Positions 12,725-24,829 of a stretch of 34,695 bases of DNA are shown in pieces; position 1 is the first letter of the stretch, and each line of letters opens with the position of its first letter. The stretch is from contig JTLS01000072.1 in assembly GCA_000826855.1 (NCBI GenBank), positions 1-34,695 on the forward strand, in the 5' to 3' direction. Position numbers and translations under genes: made by a program. The stretch comes from Basidioascus undulatus. Taxonomy: Eukaryota. Below the pieces are notes generated by a model. That model had not been told where the DNA came from and searched no databases. It saw nothing but the letters and a program-made list of their open reading frames with translations.

Positions 12725-13846
12725 ATGCAACTGTATCTCTTACCAGGCCTTTTCGCCCTTTTCATTACCACACAAGCGTTTTCGATTACCCCCAACTCCC
12801 TTTTCGACTGCCGCTTCACGCACCCTCTCGGGCCGACGTTCGACCTCTGTCCCCTCTACGCTCGTCCCAGGCTTGTGCAACAGGTCTTCGAGACGCCACC
12901 CACAATCACGACCACCACTTACGCTATCTCTCTTGGAGGAGCTCTTGCGTTGGATGGGACGACGCCTATATACGATCAGGTGCGTCCTCGGCGCTTTCTG
13001 AGAGGCGATGGTGACGATCGCTGAAGCAACGGTAGTTGCTACCAAGCAGTGTCCGGATGGTACCCTCATATGCAGGACTGCGTCAAATTCGAGGCCGAAT
13101 CACAGATCAGAACCACCCCGCATCATCTCCGTCACACCAGTCGCTTCGGAGGCAGGAGCGCAGGCGAAGATGGCACTGTCGAGGGTGGCCGGAGGCAAAG
13201 ACAGTGAGTCAAAACCATTTCCGAAGTGTGGATATGTGAGCCAAGCGATAATTATCCTTTTACCAGCATACCTCAAAATCTCCATCCATGGTGGGCGACA
13301 AATGAACCATCGCCAAAAGGCGACCATCGACTTTCATTGCGACAAGTCAGCCTTAGAGGTGCGTTTCTGCCTTCATGAGCCCTTCACTGCAAACTTTCAA
13401 ATAGGAATCGCTGAGACACTCTTGCAGCCTTCCGATCCGGAGTTTCTCGGGTATGATCCAGACCGAGGTCTTCACCACTTCTCGTGGCGTTCGAAACACG
13501 CCTGTGGCGAGGGCTGGCCGTCTGAGCTGCCTGGGGAGGAAGGCGCGGACGATCAGGTGCCTGTACCCCTAAGGCAATGGCGATGGTCCAACACCCTGCT
13601 CTGGGTGGCCATGTGAGTGGAAGTTCTTTGTGTGCCACTGCGTTCACCGTTCACGACTCCGTCAGTGTCGGGGCTGTCATCCTTGCCTCTGTCCGACTCG
13701 CAAAGAGCTTCTCTGTTCTCGAGGAGAGACAACGCTTTCAAGAGAAATATTTGGGATTCTATGGTTGCTCTGGGAGAAGAAGACGGGACAAGGGAAGTTT
13801 GGTGGACCAGCGGGATGATGCCCACCAATACTTTACCATCGGTTGA
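12725..13846 (+). CDS. ATG27: Autophagy-related protein 27-like (signal peptide, MRH-like lumenal domain, C-terminal TM)
   Basis: Signal-like start MQLYLLPGLFALFITTQA; FDLCPL...ETPPT...DQ|CPDGTLIC; QKATIDFHCD; WRSKHAC; hydrophobic TM NTLLWVAI|VGAVILASV. The 3' end is approximate. Confidence 0.8.
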
Positions 13847-14632
13847 GATGCGGAATTGATGCACGATCCAGAATACATGGTGTTCTCAGCAGCTCATGTG
13901 GAAAGGAAATAAATGTGTGAGGCGGTCTCTGTAACGCAGTCCAGTATCAACTTGTGTCTGCAGCGTACCCTAAGTCAGACGACGTGCGGTTTGCCTTCGA
14001 AGGTCCTCTCCAAGCCAGGAAAATGCTCAAGGCTGAGCCTTGTGCCGAAGACCTTGTATGGCCATCAGATATTTTCTATGTACAATTTGAACTTACAATG
14101 GAAGAATGTAATAAAGCCTCCGCTGCGTCTGTCACAGTGTAAGTCGTTGGAAGCACGGTGTTATGCGCTGCTGCTTTCGCATATTGTCGCAGAAAGACAA
14201 GGTGTTTCGCCTTCATAGTCTCACCGATTCCCATATTGTGTAAAATACAAGTGCTTCTGAATGTTTTATGATGTTCATAAGAAAGCGGTCGCGAGGCAGA
14301 GTGTGACCGGCTCCTTGAGACAGCTACGGAGCTGGCGACGCTGCTGTGTTTGGCTCCCTCAGGCAGTTGAAAGAACATAGTGAGAGTACGAAGGAGGACT
14401 CACAAAAAAGTACGCCTACCAGGCTTGAGTCTTGGATCTTTCAACTTAAGAGACGAAAATGCGGAAATTGGCGAAAAGGGGGGCTGTCTTGTCCGCGGGT
14501 TATCCTCGGCCTCGACTTTTTCGTGTAATAGTCTCTCACGAATAGTCTGCGAATCTTGCCCAACCGCCTTCCTTGCCCCTTGGCTTCGCCGCTCACCGCT
14601 CTAAACTCATACGCTTTGCTCATCCGCCAGCC

Positions 14633-17087
14633 ATGGCCAGACACCGCTCACGCTCCAAAGGGTCTTCCGCGAAGTCCGGTCCCCGTCCTGTGTCCAAGGG
14701 AGACGCGAGTCTGGCGCGGTGGAACACCCGCGAGGATATCCAGAACGACTCGGAGGATGACTGTGGGTTTCCCGTTTCAACTGCTCAGCTGACGGAGGAA
14801 TATGTCTAATACATGGAGGGGTGGCCGGCCAGTTCACGAGCAGCGCGACTCCATCATGATTGATGAGGGACGGAGGCGGCGCGGAAGACAGCAAGACGAC
14901 AGTGAGGAGGAGGACGCTGAGGAGGTATACGCGCTCGAGGGAATGGACCAGTGCGTCTATTCCTGTATCTTTTGCTTGGTCTCAACTCACGTATTGGGGT
15001 GTGATAGGTCGTCGGACGAAGACGAGCTGGACGAGCTGGACGAGGGCGAGATGAGGGAGGACGAGGACGACGAAGAAGAGGATGTGGTGCCGAGCAAGGG
15101 CAAGAAGGGCAAAGCCGCCACCGTCGCTTCCGACAACGAGGCCGAGTCCGACGAGGAAGACGAACGGCTTGCGTCGTGGGGCACGAAGAAGTCGGCCTAC
15201 TACGCCAAGGACGACGAGATCGAGTCGTCCGGGTCCGAGGCGGAGGAGGACCGCAAGCTCGAGGAGGAGGAAGCTCTCCGCATCCAACGACGTGGACGCG
15301 AGGACTGGGGCTGGGACGACGTCGGTGCTGTCGCTGCGGACGGGTGCGTTTTCATTATTTCGCGTCATCGACTGGAGCGGTGGGGATGGGCGGCTGATAG
15401 GAACGGACTGTACGGGGTGCGGCAGGCTCGAGGACGCGGAGGAGGAAGACAAGCCGGCCGAAGAGAAGAAGAAGGATAAGGTCGACCTGACGGGCTTGAG
15501 CAAGCACGAGCTCCTCGCGCACATCCAGAAGGTCTCGCCCGAGACGCTTGCGCTCGTCCGCGAGTACGAGGACGTTCTGGGACAAATCGAGGATGGCGAG
15601 GCGGCCATTGCCAAGTACGTCCTTGTAGTCTTTTCAAGGTACAAATTCGCGGAGTTGCTGATGGTTATAGCGCTGTCGTACAGAAAGACCGCTGAAGACC
15701 CACAACATCCTTCCCTCGGCCTGCTGCACCTTCACCACCGTTCGTCCTCTCCTGCTACTCCTTTAAAACTGTTTCTGCATCTGCTGACCGCTCCCTTTCC
15801 CACAGAAACCCTTCTGACCTACGCCCCGCTCCTTACCTTCTACCTGTACCTCCGTGCCTCGCCCGCCTACGCTTCCGAACCCTGGCGCCTCTCCTCCCAC
15901 CCCCTCATGAAGCGCCTTCTCAAGCTCAAAGAAGGGCTCGCCGCGATGGAGGACCTCGGCTTCGACGGCGCCGAGGAGGACGAGGAGGACGAGGCCGATG
16001 CGTCTGAGGACGAGCTCGCTCTCCAGAAGCGGGACATGCTCGGGCTGTGGGCGGGCGAGCATGGGGCGGACGATGATGAGTGGGAGCGCGAGGGCCTGGA
16101 GGACGGCGAGCTTGACGAGCTCCTCGACGAGGGCCTGCTCGACGACGACGAGGAGCCGCTCGCGCGTCCGAAGAGCAAGAAGCGCAAGGCGGCGGCAGCG
16201 GGAGTCGACGGCGAGAAGAAGAAAAAGAAGAAGGCCAAGAAGGGCGCTGCGTTTGGGCCTCAGGCGTTGGAGCTCGAAGAGCCCGAGTTCATCCCTTCCT
16301 CCACCTCCGCCCTTCGCCAGCCTACGGCCTCCACATCCGCCTTCGACGACGCCGCAGCGTACACCGACCCCTCCGCGCTCTCCGCCCTCGACGCGTCCGC
16401 GAAGGCTACCGCGAAGAAGTCGCTCCGCTTCCACACTGCGCGTCTCGCGCGCGCGTCCAACCGCCGCGCGAATGCCGCCCGCGAGCGTGCGGGCGGCGAC
16501 GACGACATCCCGTACCGCGAGCGAAAGAAGGAGAAGACGGTCAAGAGCGCGAAGGGTGAGGCGCTCGACAGCGAGGCCGGGTGGACTGGGGCGGATGAGC
16601 AGGCGAGGAGAGAGGTGCTTGGAGAGGAGGGTGGCGAGGAGGGCGAGGAGGGTTACTACGACCTCGTGCGGAAGTCGAAGAAGGAGAGGCAGGATGCGAA
16701 GAAGGCGGTGCACGACCGGTTGCGGGAGGAGTCTCGGTGAGTTCGACCGCCGTCTCTCGCCCTCGCGTTGCCATTACACGACTAACAACATCGTCCATCT
16801 TCGTCAATCTCAGTATCGACTACGTCGACCCGGACGACGAATCTTCCGGCGGCCCGCGCGGGCTCCCGCGGCACATCGCGCAGAACAAGACGCTCGAGCG
16901 CTCGCGGAGCCGCAAGAGCGCGAAGGCGAACCGCAACCCCCGTGTCAAGAAGCGCATGCGGTTCGAGAAGGCGCAGAAGAAGCTGGGCAGCATCAAGGCA
17001 CTCTACAAGGGCGGTCCGGAGGGCGGGCGCTACGAGGGAGAGAAGAGCGGTATCGGGAGGAACGTCAGGAGCGTCAAGCTCGGTTGA
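14633..17087 (+). CDS. SAS10: Sas10/Utp3, U3 snoRNP / SSU processome subunit
   Basis: Acidic N-terminus, SWGTKKSAYY, SHPLMKRLLKLK, GGDDDIPYRER, and the C-terminal Sas10 domain NRNPRVKKRMRFEKAQKKL...YEGEKSGIGRNVRSVKLG*. Confidence 0.93.
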
Positions 17088-18181
17088 GCGATGGCGGGAG
17101 GGACTGGGGGAGCCTGGAGGGAGCCGGGCTGTGGATTTGCTGCTTCTTTTCTTCGGTTCAGATTGCATTTGGTGTCGACCTTCGAGCTTAGTGGCGATTT
17201 GTCGAGTGTGCGAACAGAAAGTTACGAACGCTTACTGCTTATGGCGTGCCTGTGACTTTGGTGAAGCAGAAAGACTGGATGGGTAAATCATCTGAGGCAG
17301 GCTGCGGCAGAAGACTTGAGCGCAAATTTGGAGTGAGTGCAGCATTGCACAGTGGGTACCGCAGACGCTGTGTCTTCAATGTGCTCCCATCTGACTTTCC
17401 TTCGTTCTACTTTCTGGGACTCCAGTTTTGTCACCTTTGTCGCGTGGAGAGCAGCCGTCAGTCCCTAGACATTCTTTGTCGCTTCTATCGACCGACGGTC
17501 GCAGAACTGCCAGCTTTTCGGTCACAGAAGCCTCGGAGAAAAGGAACCTTCCCCGACGCCACGCGTAGCCGGCGCTCGTTCCTCTTCCGTCGTACTCGGC
17601 TCGTCTCGTCGCACGATCAATCCGAGACGATTTACCCGACCTGAAAATTTGGCACTTTTCAGATGGTCGCATGGGTCGCCCTCATCTCCTCAAAACGGCG
17701 CCACAGCGCAGGCACGAGGCATTCGATTGACACGCTCCCCTGTCTATCGGCATGACCGGTAGCCCGCAGGAGCGTTTCTGGCCTTTTGCCACTTATCAAA
17801 CTTCCCCATGCAGCGTGCTGCATTCGCCCCGCAACTGCTCACCCAGCGATCACCTTTTATTCCTCGGTCGCATAACATTTCGCGACGTGCTCCTCATGTC
17901 TGCAAGGGAGCGGCAGTATCCGAGCCCTCTAGCGTCAATCAAAGTCCAGCCCTGCCCGCCCCATCACGCTACCTACCGCCTTCTCGCATGCTCGACCGCC
18001 TCCTTTGACGCCGGAACAGCTGCCGCAGCACCAAAGCACAAGCCATTTTGAAACGCAGCTCTGGCCGCTGATCTTTCCCGCCCTCTGACTCGTTTCCCAC
18101 CTTCGTTCATCTTGCCAGCCGGGCGAGCTATTATTGATTTTCTTCTCTTCCGCACTTGTCCTCTCCGACACAAACGACGAC

Positions 18182-19423
18182 ATGAGCAGCGCGAGCGAGA
18201 CGGATTCTTTCCACTTGGCTGCGAACGGGCTATACAGCGAGTGTAGGAAGTCGCGTGATCGTGAGCCCATCTCTCTCTTTCTGCAGGATAACCACACCTT
18301 ATTGAAAGCTCCTTCAAATTGCAGTCCCTCCGCTCATCACTACCACCGCACCTTCTCCTCTTTCAACTCCGCCACACGTTGCAATTCCCCTCCCGCACTC
18401 GCCAGCTGACGACTTGCCCGACTCGCCACTGTCTCTCACCAACTCCCGATCGAGCGGCGAGTCCAAAGAAGACGACCAGCCTCCGGAGACGCCTGTCTTC
18501 CCTGCTCCCGCGCTTGGGCTACCATCGCATGAGCCGGCTCTGAGCGTTCTAAAGGAGCGAATAGAGCCGGAGCATCAACTGCAGCCGGATGAAGCGGTGG
18601 TGCAATCGCAGCCTCGGAGGAAACGGAGTACCCTCTTTATCTGGACCAAACAGCCCGAAATGTGAGTTGTGATCATGTTCGTTGCGCACATTGCTTTATT
18701 GACAGCCTCGCAGTAGTCCTGCTCAGGACGCTCCCGCTAAATCCTCCCTCCTTCGGTCACTCACGACCCTCTTCCGCCCAGGCCGCGTCTCCACCCCTAC
18801 CGCCTCCCTATCTGCCCCCCGCCCACCCATGACCCGCCGTCCGACCGCTCCCGCTGCCTTCTCCTCGTCCAGTTCCTCGCTTCCGCTACCCACACCGGCG
18901 AGCGTGAACGAGCCACGTTTGTCGAAACACTCCTCGCAGGCGTCGCTCCGCAGGCCCCGAGAGCCGAGCCCTCCTCGGACGGGTCTCAAGCGCAGCAAGA
19001 CGCGGGCTGCGCTCGCCCTGGTCGGTCTTCCGGTGAAGGCGGCGTCTTCCTCTCCCAAGCCTTCGCCATACATATCGCCCGCCAAGTCCGCCGCGATGCA
19101 CGCATGGCTGTCAGCTGCAACATCGTCTTCTGATGTCGATATCGTGCGTCACCGCCATTGTCTCAGTATAACCACCGAGCATTTCCGACTAATACTGATT
19201 TCATCACACGCAGCCCCCTTCGCCACCTTCCCAACGCCCGTCATTCTCCACTGCGTCTCTGGAGAGCCTTAGGGGAAAGAGGATGAGCAGCGGTCCCCCA
19301 GCTTTCTCGAGGACGCTGCCTTCGCGCAGGAGCCACATCGGCCATGGTCCTCTAGGGCTCACACCCAGGCAGGGCATCGCAGTCGGCGAGATGCGCGATG
19401 AGGATGCGGTGTTCTATATGTGA
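18182..19423 (+). CDS. Hypothetical Ser/Pro-rich, probably disordered protein, multi-exon
   Basis: Open exons with GT-AG boundaries from ATG 18182 through ...PPLITTTAPSP...KSAAMHAWLS...DI|PPSPPSQRPS...DEDAVFYM* (TGA 19421-19423). No domain recognised and the first junction is uncertain. Confidence 0.5.
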
Positions 19424-19897
19424 CCGCTGCGAGGGCGCTGCGAGTCCGAGGACGAAGCAGAACCAGGTTCTTGCTTTCCTGAAGTAGTTTCATTGTTGTG
19501 CATTCACATTGCATGTTGTGAAGTGAAAGAGACATATATGGCTTGCCCGTAAGCGGTTCAGTAAATTCCACCGCTGCCGGCGTTGCGTCGGCGTCAGGCA
19601 GAGCTGCCTTCCAGCGCCGCAAACCTTCTACTCGATAGACACAGCATGCGGAGATAACTTGCAGTGACGCGACGAGATCGTTCACTTCAGACCCCATAAC
19701 TCTCATACGCCGCGTGCACTGCTAGGTTCCGTTCGGTTCTATGCGTCCCACCCCCCTCCGAACTACGGAACCTGCCCAAGGGGTATGCAAAGGGGTATGC
19801 AAGCAACAAAGAGACAGAAGCTCGAAGAATGAAAGAGCGTCTGGCTTCCGTTGCGCTGGTTCTCCCTCTCCACATAGTGCTCCATCCATCCTAACTC

Positions 19898-21808
19898 TCA
19901 CAACAGCTTCCCCTCCCGCGCCGCGTACGAGTCCCCGCCCACCGCCGCCTTCCCCTTCAGTCTTTGCCGCGCGCCGTAGACAGCCGCATCGATAATCCCC
20001 GCCACAGTCAAGACCTGATTGTGCGTGAAAAACAGTATGCAAGGGAGAGGAAAAGTCAGGGAGCCGGGCGCATGGGGGAGGCGATTGAAAGTGAGGGAGC
20101 GAGCATAAGAGAATGGTGACGCACGCCACCGATGATTGCGCAGGCGGAGGTCAGGAAGTGCGCGAACGACTGGCGCGTCTCGGTGTAGGTAACGCGGAGG
20201 GGCGAGATCTCGTAGTTGAAGAAGACGCTGAGAACACAACTTGCAGTTAGCATTAGAGCGTCGAGCGAAGAGAATGTAGCGCGTGACTGACCCAGGGACG
20301 CCCACGTATCCGTGGCTAATCTGGTGGCCGTGCGGGTCCTTGACGGCGCCGCTCGAGTCAAGGTTGCGCTCGTACTGCGTGACGCTGTACTGGTGCGAGT
20401 TGACGTGCGTCCCGTCGAGGAAGTCAAAGTTGGTCGAGACGACCTTGAGGAAGTACTCTTTTTGTGTTAACAAGGCGTAAGGCGCGGAGTCCTCGTTTCA
20501 GTGAATGTCAAACATGTGAGAAACAGGGAAGTATGAGACGCACGGAACATGTAGTTGCTCTCCTCGGTGTGCGCCATGATATTCTGCAGCGGGTCGACGA
20601 TGTTGAGGCGGCGCTTGGCGTTGGCGGTCAGCGCGTTCGTAGGGTCCTCGCCCTCAGCGTGGAACCGGAAGTAGTGCAGGATGTGCCCGAAATCGTGGTG
20701 CTGGCTGCCCTTGAGGTAAGGGACGAGGTCGTGTATGCTGAACATGAAAGCAGCGCTAGGTGAGCGGACGCTCGAAAGGCATGTGAAGATGAGCGAGAAG
20801 CTGGGGACGCACTGGCGCGCATTGGACTGGAACGCTTTGCCCGGAGAGAGGTGCAGGTTCCCGATGACCTTGTTGACGTGGACGTGACCAGCGATATTGC
20901 AACCCTCCTTGTTCTGCGCCTTGATCTTCTCCGACCAGCCCTCCTTGACACACTGTCCACTCCCTCGCATTTCATGAGCCTCTCCAGCTTTCCCCAGGCT
21001 CCAACCCCGGCGTGTCTCCTGCCTCGCGCCTTCCCGGAGAGCCACCACGCACCTGCTCAATTCCGTCCGGGTTCGTAAAGCTCCAGCCCTTCCTGACATA
21101 CGCCTGCCGAACCTCCTCGCACGAGTTGCAGCACCCATCACCCGTGGCGCTCGTCCCACCATAGCAGTTCCCGCAGTACCCCTCGTCCGCGCTCTGCGGC
21201 CCGGACGCGCCCGCGACGACCGCGAGCTCGCCGCGGAGCTCGGTCGCCTTGGTCGAGGCGAGGAGGTTACCGTGTTCGTCGAGGCGCGTGCGCATTATCT
21301 CGTGCGTCAGATCGTGGACCTGCTCGCCGGAGATGTCCATCACGTCGATGCTGAGCACTGCGGGAGCGGAGGGAGGTGAGCTGCGGCTGCCGCGCCTCGC
21401 GGAGTGCTGAGATGAGGCATGCGACGTACGGTAACAGGGTACGCGGGGGAAAGTGATGTTGAGGTCGAGTTCGAGCTTCTCTCCTCGAGACTTGTCGACG
21501 ACTATGGACGGTTTGAGGTGGACCGTCCGATAGTCGACGAACTCCATCGTGGTGAAGGTGAGGATGATGACCGCCGACAGAATCGTCACTGCCGGATGGT
21601 CCAGAGTCACGCCCTTCGTCCCTGTGATATTCTATAGGACAATACGCACTCCAGGCTCCGAACTGAGTCTTAATCTTGACATCCTCCATCGTCTACCCCG
21701 CGTCCTCGCGTGAGCTCGGCAGCTCACTCTCCCCGGACTTTGGGAGTATCGTACCTTTCCGAAGGCATCAAGCCCCCGAAAGATGCCAAACGCTCCGCCG
21801 CGGCCCAT
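19898..21808 (-). CDS. ERV46: COPII vesicle cargo protein Erv46 (ERGIC3 family)
   Basis: MGRGGAFGIFRGLDAFGK|TMEDVKIKT; NITFPRVPC..LSIDVMDISGE; YCGNCYGG...CCNSCEEVRQAY; EGCNIAGHVHVNKVIGNLHLSPG; HQYSVT; VFFNYEISP; FLTSACAIIGG; C-terminal GKLL. Confidence 0.96.
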
Positions 21809-22287
21809 AGTAGCTGCTGCAAAAACGAGAAGATGCGGTGGGAGCGGAAAGTGGGCGTAGAGAAGTGGGCGGGGAGAAGAAGGTGGCCAGCGGGCAAGAT
21901 GCCGACGCGCTGCTTCGGCGCGTGAATGAGTGCGTGGCAGACTGGCTGCCACGGTTACCACGGAGCACCGAGCCCGTCTGTATCTGTCTTATCTTCGCTC
22001 TAGACATCCAAGCTGTCAAATTTGAATGCAAGGTATATGGGGAAGCCCCAATCCCGCCCAAGTCCGGAAAAGAAAATAGCAAGGACTGTCCGCATCTTGC
22101 TCACGGCACACGCCGCGTGGGCGCCTTGCCGCATAACCATCATCATCTTCCATCAACCGTGCCAAACGCATCTAGAAAAACTCACCCCACTTTCATCTCA
22201 ACACCGCGTTGCTTGATTCTTTCGATCGCTTCCGCTGCACTCACTATCCGTTTCAACCAATTCGACCCCTCGCCTCGTTCCGGTGCT

Positions 22288-22889
22288 ATGACTACCTCTG
22301 CTCCCTCCTCTGAATCTCGCAAGGCGCCGTTCATGGTGCCAGGGTCGACCACATCGTCCTGCCTGCGCTTCTATCGAAGCGACCATCGAATTCTACACGC
22401 GTTTCCTGTCCGTCCTGACCTCGACCTTCCATGTCCACCCCAAGCAGGCGTGAGCTCGGTTACTGACTTTTCACCCAACTTCTCCATAATCACAGCGGCA
22501 TGACCCCACAGACGTTTATCCCTCCAGCAGATGACCTACCCCGCCACGCCCTGCTTTTCGGACAGCAGAAGCTGAACCTGCACCCGGCGTCCTCGCCCTT
22601 CACGCCGCACGCGCACGAGCCAACGCCCGGGTCGGCCGACCTCTGCTTTGCGTTGCCTATGTCTGTGCGCGTCGAGGATGTGAAAAGGTACTGGGAGGGC
22701 GAAGGGCTGGAGATCGAAGAAGGCGTGGTGGAGCGCTCCGGGGCGACGGGCAAGATCAGGAGCACGTACTGTCGGGATCCGGACGTGAGTACTGCGTGAC
22801 TGACTGCGTCGGTAAGTGGTTGACTTTGCGTGCTGATTCCAAGCAAATTCAAATAGGGAAATCTTGTGGAGGTGTCTGAGTATGTTTGA
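22288..22889 (+). pseudogene. VOC/glyoxalase (GLOD5-like) gene with two 1-nt frameshifts in exon 1; pseudogene or assembly error
   Basis: Exons 2-3 are clean: GMTPQTF...RHALLFGQQKLNLH...PTPGSADLCF...VERSGATGKIRSTYCRDPD|GNLVEVSEYV*. Exon 1 motifs RVDHIVL and CASIEATIEFYTRFL lie in two frames, both different from the frame of ATG 22288. Confidence 0.8.
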
Positions 22890-23540
22890 TGGTAGGCGGA
22901 GAGGTCAAGGACGTTGTGACATCCTGAGGAAACGCTGTGATGTGACTGCACCGAAATTGAAACTTTTCACCTGTCCCCATAAAATCAGCTTAGGCTTAAA
23001 ACGTCTTGGACCACTTTTCGTTAGTAGGCCAAGCCATGCATGCAACGAGCCAACTTCTTGTTGCCATTCTGTTATGGAGCTACCTATGTCGCAAGACGCC
23101 ACCGAGGACTTCACCGCCTTCACTTCAAGGACGGCGATGACCCAGCGACTTTTCACTTTTTTTAATGGGAAGGGGGGGTGTTGATGTATGCAATTGACCT
23201 GTCTCATTTCCCCCCGCATCCTACCTGAACTCGTCCTTCCTACTGTACCGTAAGTGGCTCATAGAGGTTCACCGAGCCATAGGTCTCCCGATATGAGCGA
23301 AGGTATCTTAAAAAAATATGTGGGTACGCAGTGGCCTCGTGTGGCAGGAAAGGGATGGGCTGCAACTGGGAGACGACAATCCGGCAGTGGAGAAGGCCGA
23401 TCCGCGCTTCGCTCCGACGCCCCGCGCATTTCTGCCGCCGACTCCATCACCTTTATCCCTCCAAAACCTCCCGGCCTGGCCTTTGTTGAGCGTAAGATAT
23501 GATGAACCCCTAAACGCGCTTCCGCCTGATCATCATTCTT

Positions 23541-24617
23541 ATGTCCGTGCAGGCCAGCAGGGTTCCAGACGACGTTTGGTCGTTCATATTCGAGCTCGCG
23601 ATTGATGAAGGAGCCCGTCGACCACCTTCGACGAACAACAGCCGCTCAGGATACAGGCGACACAGAGTATATATGCGGCTTACGCGGTATCGTCCGAATG
23701 CGGCATTCCATTGCGCTGGTCTGCAAGTGTTTCAATGTAGGTTCCTCCGCTGCAGCGAAGATTGGCAGATGCTCACTCCAGGTGTGGGGCTGTGGGCACG
23801 CACGCTCTTCAGTCACTCATCGCCCCGCTTCTCTTTCGAACCATCCTTTTCGAGAGTTATGCTTCGGAACTTCTTCGATCTTCTTGTTCAGCGCTCCTCG
23901 TCCATCTCGCATCCAGGTCATTTCCTACGTATGCTGTTCATCAGCCTCAATGGTCCCGAGGCGCGGACGCAGCTCGACTACACGCTGTTGCCGGCCACCC
24001 TTGACTTCTTTCCCTCCCTTCAGTCCACCGAAATACTGTGGGTCCCTTCTCGAGTTGCTATGTCGGACGTCGGCCCATCTTGTCTTCTTGCCCTTACTAG
24101 GACGTGCGCCGACACATTCGCAACGCTCTGAGCTGGGTTCGCAGGGAACGCCGCAACAAGCTTCACGTTGCTCCAGCAGCTCCCCGAACTTCGACGGCTC
24201 GAAGTCACCTCTAACTGGCGTGACCAGCTAAATATCAAGCCCGCCCTTCTTCGGAGTTTGAAGCACTTACACTAGGCCGCCTGTCGGGGCACACTTGCAC
24301 CTCTGCACGCTCTTGCGCTACGTGCTCTTCAGGAACTATCTCTTACCGATCGCAGAGCTAACCGGGATGATGTCCGGTCGATCATCCAGTCTCAGGGGCG
24401 CAACATCACAAAGCTCAGCCTCAACGTGCATTTCGACTCGTTTCCCACCGATCTCGCTGCTATAGGCCCGGCACTCACCACGTTACATCTCACGCGCTAC
24501 AACACCCCACCCTCTTCGGAGACCATAATGCTCCCCGCGAAAATTTCGACGCTCGATATCGAATGCTTCGCCCGAGAGCCTTCTTCCACCGAAGCTTTCC
24601 TCAAAGGCGTCGTCTAG
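23541..24617 (+). pseudogene. F-box/LRR-like gene with several frameshifts and an in-frame stop
   Basis: SRVPDDVWSFIFELA (F-box-like), RHSIALVCKCFN, SLIAPLLFRTILF and LRR-like segments (LQQLPELRRLEVT, LQELSLT, ITKLSLN, LTTLHL) are spread over different frames. TAG at 24273-24275. Confidence 0.6.
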
Positions 24618-24829
24618 AAGTTGCCTGCTCTAAGAACCGGCATCTTACCTGTCGCCTGCTTTCTCTTTGTGCCGAAGATGACTCGTTGAGCGTCGGTCAA
24701 TTTGTAGTCCTGGCTCATTGACACTGCCTCGATTTTGGATTACGCTGCGGGATGTCGATTGCACCCACCACAACCAGTTCCCCCTTTCGCCGCTTCACCC
24801 CGGCATGCACCACCGCTTCCCCCGAACGC

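Noticed and set aside
15763..17191. Long antisense and alternative-frame ORFs over SAS10 (similar ones occur over MDH and ERV46)
   Set aside because: Shadow ORFs expected from high GC3 codon usage, with no independent motifs.
19779..19803. Short tandem duplication AAGGGGTATGCA x2 (similar ones near 31617 and 1840/1874)
   Set aside because: Two-copy repeats consistent with ordinary slippage. No spacer structure, so not CRISPR-like.
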